A stretch of 64,000 nucleotides of DNA from NCBI GenBank assembly GCA_017467165.1, contig JAFTST010000051.1, forward strand, positions 78,488-142,487, in the 5' to 3' direction. Made by a program: the position numbers and the translations under genes. Shown one piece after another: positions 44,401 to 53,928 of this stretch. Numbering within the stretch: the first letter of the stretch is position 1; the number at the start of each line of letters is the position of its first letter. Source of the DNA: Clostridia bacterium. GTDB lineage: Bacteria; Bacillota; Clostridia; Oscillospirales; CAG-272. The notes beneath the pieces were generated by a model. That model had not been told where the DNA came from. It did no database searches and saw only the letters and a list, made by a program, of their open reading frames with translations.

Positions 44401-45309
44401 ATGTACATTGTAGATATGCACTGCGACAGCATTGGTACCGTTACCGCTGAGCGCGGACTGATAAATCAATATAACTTTTCCCGCGAGCACCCACAGCTTC
44501 AGTTTGTCGCCGCCTTTGTACCGCGGGCGGATATGCCTCCCGAGGCGCGTCGAAGAAGGCTTTTGCACTATCTCGACGTCTATATCGCGGAGAGAGAAAG
44601 GCTGAAGCTCGTTTCCATCGAGGGATGTCACGACCTGAGCTTCGCTGTGGAGATGGAGCGCAGGGCAACCCTTTTTTCCATCGAGGGCGGCGGCGGTCTT
44701 TTCGCTGACTCGGAGGAGCTCGGAGTGCTTTATCGCGCGGGACTAAGGGTGCTTGGTCTTGCCTGGGATTCCAACGAGCTTGCCGCATCCGCCTGGGATT
44801 CCTGCGACACGGGGCTCACCGATGAGGGAATTGCTATGGTGAGAAGATGCTCCGAGATGGGAATTATCCTCGACGTCTCGCACCTGTCCGACCGCTCGAC
44901 CTACGAGCTGCTTGAAAATACGGCGTATCCCGTCGTGGCAACTCATTCGAACTTCCGCGAGGTATGCCCCTCACCCAGAAATCTCACCCTCGACCTTGCC
45001 AAAATAATAACCGCGCGAGGCGGAGTCATAGGCCTTAACCTGTATCCCGGATTTCTCAGCGAGAGCAGAAGAGCAACCGGAGAGGATATAATCCGCCAGG
45101 TCGATTATGCTCTTGATAAGCTCGGAGAGGATTCACTCGCCTTCGGCTTTGATATAGACGGCACCGACGGAGCATATCCCGATGGGCTTGACGAGAAGTG
45201 CAGCATCCACGACAGAGTCGTTGAGCTCCTGCTCGGCCGCTATTCCTCGTCTGTGGTGGAGAAGATAGCGGGACAGAATGCGATAAATTTCTTCAAGGCT
45301 AACCTATAA
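44401..45309 (+). CDS. M19-family (renal-type) dipeptidase
   Basis: VDMHCDSI N-terminus, HLSDRS and ATHSNFR motifs. Confidence 0.75.
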   Translation: MYIVDMHCDSIGTVTAERGLINQYNFSREHPQLQFVAAFVPRADMPPEARRRRLLHYLDVYIAERERLKLVSIEGCHDLSFAVEMERRATLFSIEGGGGLFADSEELGVLYRAGLRVLGLAWDSNELAASAWDSCDTGLTDEGIAMVRRCSEMGIILDVSHLSDRSTYELLENTAYPVVATHSNFREVCPSPRNLTLDLAKIITARGGVIGLNLYPGFLSESRRATGEDIIRQVDYALDKLGEDSLAFGFDIDGTDGAYPDGLDEKCSIHDRVVELLLGRYSSSVVEKIAGQNAINFFKANL

Positions 45310-45384
45310 AGGTATGAGGCTTTTTCGCCCAATGGCACAGCATAGCCTTACATACTCTCATTTCAAATAAAACAGCACGTCACC

Positions 45385-45416
45385 GAAAAGTCCAAGCATG
45401 CTTGGACTTTTTTCTT
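45385..45416. terminator. Bidirectional terminator
   Basis: AAAAGTCCAAGCATGCTTGGACTTTTTT, a perfect palindromic stem with A and T runs. Confidence 0.85.
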
Positions 45417-45419
45417 TTC

Positions 45420-46595
45420 TCAGAGTCCCTCGAGCGTTTCCATAACGTAGTCGCCGAGCTCTCTTGAGGTTGCGCCGCCCGGTCTGCCGGTTACGGCTAT
45501 TCTTTTTTCCTCGAAGGCGCATATATCCAGCGCTCGCTCGAGCTTGTCTGCCTTGTCCTGCATACCGATGTGCGACAGAAGCATAACACACGCGCGGAGC
45601 ATCGAGGACGGGTCGGCATATTCCGCTCTTCCTTCCTTAACCATTCTTGGCGCAGAGCCGTGGATTGCCTCGAACATGGCGTATCGTTTTCCAATATTGG
45701 CGCAGCCTGCCGTGCCAACGCCGCCCTGAAACTCCGCCGCCTCGTCGGATATGATATCGCCGTAGAGGTTGGGGAGAAGAAGCACCTTGAAATCGGAGCG
45801 TCGCTTTCGGTCAATAAGCTTCGCGGTCATTATATCCGCATACCACTCGTCCGTCGTTATCTCGGGGTATTCGGCCGCCACTCTGTGACAGTCCTCAAGA
45901 AAGTTGCCGTCGGTGGTTTTGATAACGTTCGCCTTGGTGACAAGAGAGACTCTCTCAAGATTGTTCTTTCTCGCGTACTCATACGCCAGCCGCGCTATTC
46001 TCTCAGAGCCCTGCTTAGTGGTTATAGTGAAGTCTACCGCCAGGTCCTCCGTGACGTTGAAGCCCTTGGAGCCAACGGCATAGCCTCCCTCTGTATTTTC
46101 GCGGAAGATTGTCCAGTTAATTCCCTCACTCGGTACCTTGACGGGTCTTATATTGGCGAAAAGGTCAAGCTCCCTTCGCATTGCTACGTTAGCCGACTCT
46201 ATATTCGGCATACCGTCGCCCTTCTGTGGCGTGGTGGTAGGGCCCTTCAGGATAACGTGACAGGATAGGAGCTCCCTCAGTACGTCGTCGGGAATCGCCT
46301 TGCCACAGGCAATTCTGTTTTCTATCGTCAGTCCTTCTATCTCTATGAATCGTGCTTTTCCTGCCCTGACCTCGTCCCTCAGCATATACTCAAGAACTCG
46401 CCTTGCCTCGCGTGTGATGACGGGTCCGATGCCGTCGCCGCCGCACACTCCGATTTTGATTTCGGGCAGAGAATTGTAGTCGACGAAATCCCCCTGTGCC
46501 TTCATATTTTCGACACGGGTGAGCTGTTCTTCAAGAATTGCCCTGAATTTCTCGCACGCCCTGTCTAGATTATCTTTGTAAATTATTGTTGACAT
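45420..46595 (-). CDS. Isocitrate/isopropylmalate dehydrogenase family enzyme; context indicates isocitrate dehydrogenase
   Basis: LPNLYGDIISDEAAEFQGGVGTAGCANIG motif. Starts 3 nt after the aconitase stop. Confidence 0.75.
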   Translation of the reverse strand: MSTIIYKDNLDRACEKFRAILEEQLTRVENMKAQGDFVDYNSLPEIKIGVCGGDGIGPVITREARRVLEYMLRDEVRAGKARFIEIEGLTIENRIACGKAIPDDVLRELLSCHVILKGPTTTPQKGDGMPNIESANVAMRRELDLFANIRPVKVPSEGINWTIFRENTEGGYAVGSKGFNVTEDLAVDFTITTKQGSERIARLAYEYARKNNLERVSLVTKANVIKTTDGNFLEDCHRVAAEYPEITTDEWYADIMTAKLIDRKRRSDFKVLLLPNLYGDIISDEAAEFQGGVGTAGCANIGKRYAMFEAIHGSAPRMVKEGRAEYADPSSMLRACVMLLSHIGMQDKADKLERALDICAFEEKRIAVTGRPGGATSRELGDYVMETLEGL

Positions 46596-46598
46596 TAT

Positions 46599-48536
46599 TC
46601 ACTTCACTCCCTGTTTTATTCTCGTGTGCTCGAGAAGCCCTCCCGAGAGGAGTATTTCTCTCTGCCTTCTTGATAGAGCGAGCTTAAGGGCCAGCTCTTT
46701 TCCGTCCTCGGTCTTCATCACGAGGGTGTCTGAGCTTTCGATAGCGCGCCTCAGATTGTCAATCGTTATCATATCTCCCTCGGAGAGCAGGTCGTAGTCG
46801 CTCTCGTCCTCGAGCGTCAGGGGAACTATACCGAAGTTGATAAGATTTGCCGCGTGTATTCTGGCGAAGCTCTTGGCGACAACCGCCCTGATTCCAAGAT
46901 ATAGTGGAACGAGAGCCGCGTGCTCGCGTGAGGAGCCCTGTCCGTAGTTTGAGCCGCCAAGAATAATTCCTCCGCCCAAGTCCTTCGCTCTTTTCGGAAA
47001 CTCCGGGTCACACACGGTGAAGCAGAATTCGGAGAGCTTCGGTACGTTTGAGCGGTAGGGGAGAATTTTCGCTCCCGCGGGCATTATATGGTCGGTTGTT
47101 ATGTTGTCGCCCACCTTCAGTATTAGCCTTGTCGACAGTTTTTCCTCCGGTGCTCTTCCTCTCGGAATCGGCTTGATATTCGGACCACGCTCAACCGTCA
47201 CCCCGCTAGCCTCCCTTTCGGTGGCGGGCAGGTCAATCATATTGTCATTTATCCCGAAGCGCTCGGGCAGACTAACCTTTGGAGCATCTCCGAGAATTCT
47301 CGGGTCTGTCATAACGCCATAGATTGCCGAAGCCGCCGCCACCTCGGGAGAGACGAGATACACTCCTGCGTCCTTGGTGCCACATCTTCCTTCAAAATTT
47401 CGGTTGAAGGTGCGCAGGCTTATTCCCTGCGATTTTGGAGAAAAGCCCATTCCAATACAGGGACCGCAGGCGCATTCGAGTATCCTCGCGCCTGCAGAAA
47501 TGAGGTCGGCGAGCGCGCCGCACTCTGCGAGCATAGTGTAGACCTGCTTTGAGCCGGGTGAGATTGAAAGAGAAACGTCCGGATGCACCGACCTTCCCTT
47601 AAGAATTGCCGCAACGGAGAGCAAGTCCTTCAAAGAGGAGTTGGTGCAGGAGCCGATGCACACCTGGTCTATCTTCATTCCCGAAAGCTCCCTCACACAT
47701 CTCACGTTGTCGGGGCTGTGCGGACAGGCGGCGAGTGGCTCAAGCTCGCCAAGATTCAGCTCGTACACCTCGTCATAGACCGCGTCGGAATCCGCGCATA
47801 TCGGGGTATAGTCACCCTCTCTGCCCTCGGCTCTGAGAAAAGCCTCGGTTATACTGTCGGACGGGAATATTGAGCTCGTCGCGCCAAGCTCCGCTCCCAT
47901 ATTGGTTATGGTCGCTCTTTCGGGAACCGAGAGCGAAAGCACGCCCTCGCCTCCATATTCGATTATAGCGCCGACGCCGCCCTTGACGCCGAGCATTTTC
48001 AAAACGGCGAGTATGACGTCCTTAGCCGCAACGAAGGGGGAGAGCGAGCCCGAAAGATTAATTCTTATCATTCTTGGCATCGTTATATAGTACGCTCCAC
48101 CGCCCATAGCCACCGCGACGTCAAGTCCGCCTGCGCCTATGCCGAGCATACCAAGTCCGCCCGCCGTGGGAGTGTGGCTGTCAGAGCCTATAAGCGTCTT
48201 TCCCGGTATTCCGAATCTCTCGAGATGCACCTGGTGACAGATGCCGTTTCCCGGGCGGGAAAACCTGATGCCGTGTTTTTTTGCTACGGTCTGTATGTAC
48301 CTGTGGTCGTCGGCGTTTTCAAATCCTGTCTGCAGGGTGTTGTGGTCGACGTACGCAACGGACAGCTCGGTTCTGACTCTGTCAATCTCCATAGCCTCGA
48401 GCTCCAGATAAACCGCCGTGCCCGTGGCATCCTGTGTCAGAGTTTGGTCAATTCTTATTCCTATTTCGCTACCTCGCAGCATCTGTCCGTCTACCAGATG
48501 CGAGGCTAAAATCTTTTCTGCTATCGTGTAACCCAT
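46599..48536 (-). CDS. Aconitate hydratase (645-aa clostridial type)
   Basis: IGSDSHTPTAGGLG, CGPCIGMG and GSNYGQGSSREHAA Fe-S/swivel motifs. Confidence 0.85.
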   Translation of the reverse strand: MGYTIAEKILASHLVDGQMLRGSEIGIRIDQTLTQDATGTAVYLELEAMEIDRVRTELSVAYVDHNTLQTGFENADDHRYIQTVAKKHGIRFSRPGNGICHQVHLERFGIPGKTLIGSDSHTPTAGGLGMLGIGAGGLDVAVAMGGGAYYITMPRMIRINLSGSLSPFVAAKDVILAVLKMLGVKGGVGAIIEYGGEGVLSLSVPERATITNMGAELGATSSIFPSDSITEAFLRAEGREGDYTPICADSDAVYDEVYELNLGELEPLAACPHSPDNVRCVRELSGMKIDQVCIGSCTNSSLKDLLSVAAILKGRSVHPDVSLSISPGSKQVYTMLAECGALADLISAGARILECACGPCIGMGFSPKSQGISLRTFNRNFEGRCGTKDAGVYLVSPEVAAASAIYGVMTDPRILGDAPKVSLPERFGINDNMIDLPATEREASGVTVERGPNIKPIPRGRAPEEKLSTRLILKVGDNITTDHIMPAGAKILPYRSNVPKLSEFCFTVCDPEFPKRAKDLGGGIILGGSNYGQGSSREHAALVPLYLGIRAVVAKSFARIHAANLINFGIVPLTLEDESDYDLLSEGDMITIDNLRRAIESSDTLVMKTEDGKELALKLALSRRQREILLSGGLLEHTRIKQGVK

Positions 48537-48586
48537 AGTTTACATTCCTTATCTTGTCGGGGTTGGTTTTTCGTCGAGGGAGAGAG

Positions 48587-49240
48587 CTATTTTTCCGCCT
48601 TGCCCAAGAGGTTTTCCATAGCGCGACGAATGTGCAGCGAGGTGAGTCTGTCCGCCTCGGCGCTATCTCCTCTTTTCATCGCCTCAAGTATCTGCCTGTG
48701 CTCTCTGACGGAGCTTTCGAGTCTGCCTGGCACGTCAAGCGAGCGTCTTCTGTAGCTTTTGATATTTCTGTGCAGCTCGGAGAGTATCTTGCCGAGCATA
48801 CGGTTTCCCGAGGCGCGATAAATTATCCGGTGAAAGCTCGAGTCAAGCTCGCCGAGTTTTTTCGTGTCGCACTTCGAGATATAGTATTCCGAGAGCTCCA
48901 CCTGCTCCGTGAGCTCCTTTAAGTCGTCCTCTGTGAGCCTTTCGGTAGCCATAGCAGAGGCGAGCCCTTCGAGCCTTATTCTGATTCTGTAGGTATCCTC
49001 AAGGTCGCTCTCCGTAACGCCAATCACCACAGCCCCTCTGTTTGGTGTCGTCTTGATAAGACCCTCCTCGCTGAGTCTGTGAAGCGCGGCTCTGACGGGT
49101 GTTCTGCTGACTCCCAGCCTTGCCGAGAGAGAAATCTCCGTCAGGCTCTCTCCGCTTTTCAGCTCACCCGAGAGTATCTCCTCCTCCAGCTGTCTGAAAA
49201 CGCTTTCCTCAAGTGATAGCGCGTTGTTGTCAATTATCAT
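48587..49240 (-). CDS. GntR-family (FadR/FCD subfamily) regulator embedded in the operon
   Basis: HTH LTEISLSARLGVSRTPVRAALHRLSEEGLI plus a helical FCD-like C-terminal domain. 11-nt overlap with the upstream gene. Confidence 0.8.
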   Translation of the reverse strand: MIIDNNALSLEESVFRQLEEEILSGELKSGESLTEISLSARLGVSRTPVRAALHRLSEEGLIKTTPNRGAVVIGVTESDLEDTYRIRIRLEGLASAMATERLTEDDLKELTEQVELSEYYISKCDTKKLGELDSSFHRIIYRASGNRMLGKILSELHRNIKSYRRRSLDVPGRLESSVREHRQILEAMKRGDSAEADRLTSLHIRRAMENLLGKAEK

Positions 49241-50627
49241 TTTCGTCTTCCTCTCTGTAGCCGTCCACTCCGGGCGCGACGCTCTCGATTATAGCCATGA
49301 GCTCTTCCTCACCCATCAGCGTAGTTCTGCCGTCTGAGTACAGCCTATCAATTTCTTCCTTGACCCGAATGACAATCTCATCGTTTTTCGTCACTTCCCT
49401 GAAGTGAGGCAGGTTGTAGTGCTTGTTAATCCAATAGGCGATCCCCGCAAGCCCCGACGTGTTTGAAATAGCGACCTCGGGGGGTCTGTTGAGGATAGCC
49501 TCTGTGTCGAAAATGTTGTATATCTCCGCGTCCTTCATCAGCCCGTCCGCGTGCACTCCGGCTCGTGTGACGTTGAAGTTCTCGCCGACGAAGGGGGTCA
49601 TTGGGGGTATGGCGTAGCCTATCTCGCGCTCGAAATATTCTGCTATCTCCGTGATAACTCTCGGGTCCATGCCGCCAAAGTCGCCGCGAAGCGAGGCATA
49701 CTCGATAACCATAGCCTCAAGAGGAACGTTGCCCGTTCTTTCGCCTATGCCGAGAAGCGAGCAGTTGACTCCCGATGCGCCGTACAGCCAGGCGTTGACC
49801 GCGTTGTCAACCCCCTTATAGAAATCGTTGTGGCCGTGCCACTCGAGCATCTCAGAGGGTACATCCGCGTAGTGATGCAGACCGTAGACTATGCCGGGAA
49901 CGCTTCTTGGCAGGGCAGCGCCGGGGTATGAAACACCGTATCCCATAGTGTCGCACATTCTGATTTTGACAGGGATATTCGCCTCGCGCGAGAGGTCTGT
50001 CAGCGCGTTGACGAAGGGAACCACGAAGCCGTAGAAATCGGCACGGGTTATATCCTCCAGGTGACAACGCGGTCTGATGCCCGCTGAAAATGCCTTTTTA
50101 ACTACCCCGAGGTAGTGGTCCAATGCCTGCGCTCTTGTCATACCGAGCTTCTTGAAAATGTGATAGTCGGAGCAGGACACGAGAATGCCCGTTTCCTTGA
50201 TTCCAAGATCGTTCACCAGCCTGAAGTCCTCGTCCCTGGCTCTTATCCAGGTGGTTACCTCGGGGAACTCGTATCCGAGCTCCATACACCTTTCTGCCGC
50301 CTCTCTGTCCTTCTTGGTGTAGACGAAAAACTCTGACTGACGGATAAGGCCGCCCTCGCCGCCAAGACGGTGGAGCAGCTTGTAGATATCCACTATCTGA
50401 TTTGCCGTATAAGGCGCTCGGGACTGCTGTCCGTCGCGGAAGGTGGTGTCTGTTATCCATATTTCCTCTGGCATATCGAGGGGAACTCGTCTGTGGTTGA
50501 AGGCAACCTTGGGTATCTCGGTGTACGGATATATTTCTCTGTACAGGTTTGGGTCCTTGACGTCCTGCAGGGAATATTTATACTGATGCTGCTCAAGAAG
50601 ATTTGAGTGCTTGTTCTTGATAATCAT
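49230..50627 (-). CDS. Re-face-specific citrate synthase (homocitrate/isopropylmalate synthase family)
   Basis: WITDTTFRDGQQS and WHGHNDFY motifs of the HMGL-like fold. Context is aconitase + IDH. Start ATG 50627 has an AAGGAGG RBS; the track start at 50663 is upstream of it. Confidence 0.75.
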   Translation of the reverse strand: MIIKNKHSNLLEQHQYKYSLQDVKDPNLYREIYPYTEIPKVAFNHRRVPLDMPEEIWITDTTFRDGQQSRAPYTANQIVDIYKLLHRLGGEGGLIRQSEFFVYTKKDREAAERCMELGYEFPEVTTWIRARDEDFRLVNDLGIKETGILVSCSDYHIFKKLGMTRAQALDHYLGVVKKAFSAGIRPRCHLEDITRADFYGFVVPFVNALTDLSREANIPVKIRMCDTMGYGVSYPGAALPRSVPGIVYGLHHYADVPSEMLEWHGHNDFYKGVDNAVNAWLYGASGVNCSLLGIGERTGNVPLEAMVIEYASLRGDFGGMDPRVITEIAEYFEREIGYAIPPMTPFVGENFNVTRAGVHADGLMKDAEIYNIFDTEAILNRPPEVAISNTSGLAGIAYWINKHYNLPHFREVTKNDEIVIRVKEEIDRLYSDGRTTLMGEEELMAIIESVAPGVDGYREEDENDN

Positions 50628-50653
50628 ACCTATGACCTCCTTGAATTGTATTC

Positions 50654-50663
50654 TTGTATACAA
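50654..50663. promoter_or_regulatory. GntR-type operator candidate
   Basis: TTGTATACAA is a perfect palindrome matching the FadR-subfamily t.GT...AC.a pattern. An adjacent half-site is AATTGTAT. It lies between the -10 box and the RBS of the citrate synthase gene. Confidence 0.55.
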
Positions 50664-50676
50664 TCTTGATAGACCG

Positions 50677-50705
50677 ATTATACTACAAATTTATTCTGCT
50701 GTCAA
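50677..50705 (-). promoter_or_regulatory. Consensus sigma-A promoter of the citrate synthase operon
   Basis: Minus strand reads TTGACA (50705-00), 17 nt, TATAAT (50682-77). Confidence 0.75.
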
Positions 50706-50929
50706 GCAAGGGGTTACAATTCATAATGAGGAGATTATTAATAGAAGTATGAGAAAATAAAATAATGCCCTGGCAGAGCGCCCGTTATGCCGTGCTGAAT
50801 ATATGCTCTGAACCTTCGGTGTTGAGTGGAAAGGACGGCTGCTCGTTTCCCGTGCCCGAAGATGCTCGCCCCGCGCTTCTTTGGGTATGAAAAAGAGGAC
50901 CTCGGCTAACCGAAATCCTCTGTTGGTAT

Positions 50930-52306
50930 CTAGCTGTTCTCCTCTGTGGGTCGGGCTTCCGTCCTCGTCAGGTTTTTAATCCAGTTGTAGCGGTTAATCT
51001 TTATCGCCGCGACGATGCATTTAATAAGCTGGTCGAGCTTCAGCGCGCCGAAAACGAGCCAGGGGGCGAGCCCGAGCCTCGTTGCCACGAGTCCGAGGGG
51101 CAGGTTGACGAGAAAAACGAATATGAGGTCGAGCTTGAAAACGAAGCTGATATCTCCGCCGCTCTTGACGAGTCCTGTCAGACAGGCGGACTGATAGCAG
51201 GTGCCGACGAAGGTTATGGCAACCACGCTTATCAGCTGCGAGGCTACGGTCTTCGCCTCCTCCGAGACTCCGTAGAGCGAGATAAAGGGTGCTCTTATCA
51301 GGAAAAGAGCGCCGCAGGTGAGAAGTCCGAGAGCTATGAAGATAAGCTGTGTCGTCCTTGAATATTCCTTCACCTTTTCCTCTCTGCCCATTCCTATGGT
51401 TTTTCCGACGATGATGCCGACAGCTCCCGACATTCCGTTCATTAAGACGTAGGCGAGGCTGTGCAGGGTGTTGGCTATTGAGAGCGCGGCGACGACTCCG
51501 TCCGCGGTCTGGTGCCCCATAATCGACGAGCCGCACATTATATTGACTGCCCAGACAAGATGACCGCCCAGCACGGGCAGACCGTATCTGTAGAAATCAC
51601 TGACGAGCTGCTTGTCCCTGAGGAATATTTCCCGAGGATAGAGGGGTAGCTTCTTGTTTTTCAGGGTGTAGATTATCATTATAAGGCACTCGGCTATTCG
51701 CGAGACAAGAGTGGCTATAGCCGCGCCCTTGACTTCAAGCCGAGGCAAGCCGAGCTTGCCGAAAATCAACAGGTAATTTAAGCCTACGTTCAGAAGAAAG
51801 GAGCTGAGGGAAACGAAAAAGCCAATTCTCGCCGCTTCGGTGCTCCTTGCCGTTGCTATTAATGACTGAGTGATGCAGAAGGGGACGAAGGAAAAGGCTA
51901 AAATTCTGAGATACGTGACACCCGTGTCGATTATCGCGCCCTCGTCGGAGAAGAACCTGAGCACTGTTGACGGAAAGAAAATGCAAGCTAAAGTTAACAT
52001 AAGTCCGACGCTAACCGACAGTCTTATTCCTGTCGCGGCAATTCGCTTGATGGGCTCCGCCTCGCCCTTGCCCCAATACTGCGCGGCGAGCACGAGTATC
52101 GCCGCCTCGACGCCTCCCGAGAAAAATTGCAGCAGGGTCTGTACCTGATTTGCCATATATACTCCCGAAACCGCGCTGTCACCGAGCGTGCCGAGCATAA
52201 CGTTGTCCGCGAAGCCGACAGCGAAGGTAATGAGGTTTTGCAGCGCTATCGGAATTGCTAAAAACAAAAGCGAGCGATAAAAGCTCTTATCTCTGGTTAT
52301 TATCAT
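50930..52306 (-). CDS. MATE-family efflux transporter
   Basis: 458 aa, 12 TM helices, AAAGGAG RBS. Confidence 0.75.
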   Translation of the reverse strand: MIITRDKSFYRSLLFLAIPIALQNLITFAVGFADNVMLGTLGDSAVSGVYMANQVQTLLQFFSGGVEAAILVLAAQYWGKGEAEPIKRIAATGIRLSVSVGLMLTLACIFFPSTVLRFFSDEGAIIDTGVTYLRILAFSFVPFCITQSLIATARSTEAARIGFFVSLSSFLLNVGLNYLLIFGKLGLPRLEVKGAAIATLVSRIAECLIMIIYTLKNKKLPLYPREIFLRDKQLVSDFYRYGLPVLGGHLVWAVNIMCGSSIMGHQTADGVVAALSIANTLHSLAYVLMNGMSGAVGIIVGKTIGMGREEKVKEYSRTTQLIFIALGLLTCGALFLIRAPFISLYGVSEEAKTVASQLISVVAITFVGTCYQSACLTGLVKSGGDISFVFKLDLIFVFLVNLPLGLVATRLGLAPWLVFGALKLDQLIKCIVAAIKINRYNWIKNLTRTEARPTEENS

Positions 52307-52390
52307 TTTCTATCGCTCCTTTCTTTCTATTTTGACGCCTTTTTCTGTGTTTATACATTAGTGAGGCACCCGTTTTCGGGTGCCTTTAAG

Positions 52391-53680
52391 TTATTCCTTG
52401 CTCGCGCGCTTTTCCCACTCGAGCTTGTATATCTCCTCCTGGGCAAGGCGTATCTTGGCTACTATATCTCCCTTGGGCTCGGGGAAGCAGTAGAAAAGAC
52501 ACTCGCCGTCGCCTATCGAAATTATATCTCCGAGCTCGTACCAATTAAAGTCGGCGTTAACCGAGTAGGATGCGGTTGACTTCTGTGTATAATCAAGCTC
52601 GCCGTCGTCTGTGACAAGGCGGAAGCCTTCGGGCGTGTGAGTGAATCTGCCGTGGCCTATGTCATACAGCTCCTTAGTGCCGGGCGCTGCGAGAATTTTC
52701 GCAGGGAAGTCCGTCCCATACAGTCCCGACTCGACCTCTTTTCTTACCTCGCTTCTTTCCCAGCGGTACCAATCGGGCACGTGGTCGAACTTAGCCTCCG
52801 CGTTCTCGCACACGAGAGCGCCATATTCGTCGAGCGTGTATCTGACACCGCACGCCGTACAGCTAAGAGAGATACCTTCGCCCTTCATCTTACCCTCGGT
52901 AAGACAGTGGGGACACTTATAGAGCACGCGGTTAAGCCCGTCCGCTCTGAAGGGCTCGCTGACTCTGACCTTGTTTTCTCTCTGCCAGGCGAAATTGTCA
53001 AAGTCAAAGCGCTCGTATATCGCCCTTCCGATTTCCTCGTCGGGCAGGCTATTGATCTCCTCAGCGGAGAAAAGGTATTCCATTCTTGCAGAAACCTTAA
53101 CCTTCCTTCTCTGAAGGTTGTTGTACAGAGGGTCTCTTGTATATGCGCCATAGGTACGGATGAAAACGAGCGGCATACCGATAAGCTTGGCGCATTTTCC
53201 GAGAGTGGCGGGCAGGGTGGTTGCCGTGCCGTCAAAGCTGTAGCCAACCTCGGGGTACATCAGGATATTATCGCCGAGCGTCTTCTTGGCGTAGAGCATA
53301 TCGCGCACGAGGGTGGTATCCGTCACGAACTTCCTCGTTGGAATACAGCCAATACTGTGCATAAGCCAATCCTTGCCGATAAAGCCGTCGGTTGTCGCTA
53401 CGATATTGAAAGGACGCGGGAAAAGCAGAGTAGCGGCAATCTCAAGGTCGATAAAGCTGGAGTGATTCATCAGAAAGAATGCGGGCTCCTTTTTTCCAAG
53501 CCTTTCCATACCCACCCTCTCGCACTTGAAGTGCGTTGCCAAAAGGTCTGGTATAGATATAAGCCGCATCAGAATGCGGAAAAACATATTTGGTCTTATC
53601 GGCTTGCGGTGTGGCTTCTTGTTTTCCTTGTAGTCGCGCATCACGGCGCCGTAGGATTTTCTTTTAACCTTGATTTTCAT
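52391..53680 (-). CDS. PlsC-type lysophospholipid acyltransferase with an extended C-terminal domain containing a CxxC...CxxC ribbon
   Basis: HX4D motif FLMNHSSFIDLE. CPHCLTEGKMKGEGISLSCTACG lies in the C-terminal half. Start at ATG 53680 (MKIKVKRK). Confidence 0.7.
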   Translation of the reverse strand: MKIKVKRKSYGAVMRDYKENKKPHRKPIRPNMFFRILMRLISIPDLLATHFKCERVGMERLGKKEPAFFLMNHSSFIDLEIAATLLFPRPFNIVATTDGFIGKDWLMHSIGCIPTRKFVTDTTLVRDMLYAKKTLGDNILMYPEVGYSFDGTATTLPATLGKCAKLIGMPLVFIRTYGAYTRDPLYNNLQRRKVKVSARMEYLFSAEEINSLPDEEIGRAIYERFDFDNFAWQRENKVRVSEPFRADGLNRVLYKCPHCLTEGKMKGEGISLSCTACGVRYTLDEYGALVCENAEAKFDHVPDWYRWERSEVRKEVESGLYGTDFPAKILAAPGTKELYDIGHGRFTHTPEGFRLVTDDGELDYTQKSTASYSVNADFNWYELGDIISIGDGECLFYCFPEPKGDIVAKIRLAQEEIYKLEWEKRASKE

Positions 53681-53928
53681 AGCTTTCAGCCTTTCGGTTT
53701 TTTGAATCAAGAGTATCTGCGAAGCCATTTTAACACAGGCTTAACAAAAAGTCAACTTAAAGTTTATTTTGAGTTAATATTGCTCGCCCTCACAATTCGC
53801 TTGCAATCTTCCGGGATAAGTGATAAAATGGAGAAAAGACTCGTGAGGCGGCAGGGAAAAGCTCTGTACGCGCGGGTTGTTGCAGGTGCGCTCCGAGGCG
53901 CTTTTGATTAATGAAAGGACGGGTCTGG

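Noticed and set aside
52637-53911. 424-aa plus-strand ORF antisense to the PlsC-type acyltransferase
   Set aside because: It is a shadow ORF. The sense gene carries the HX4D motif and an RBS-linked start.
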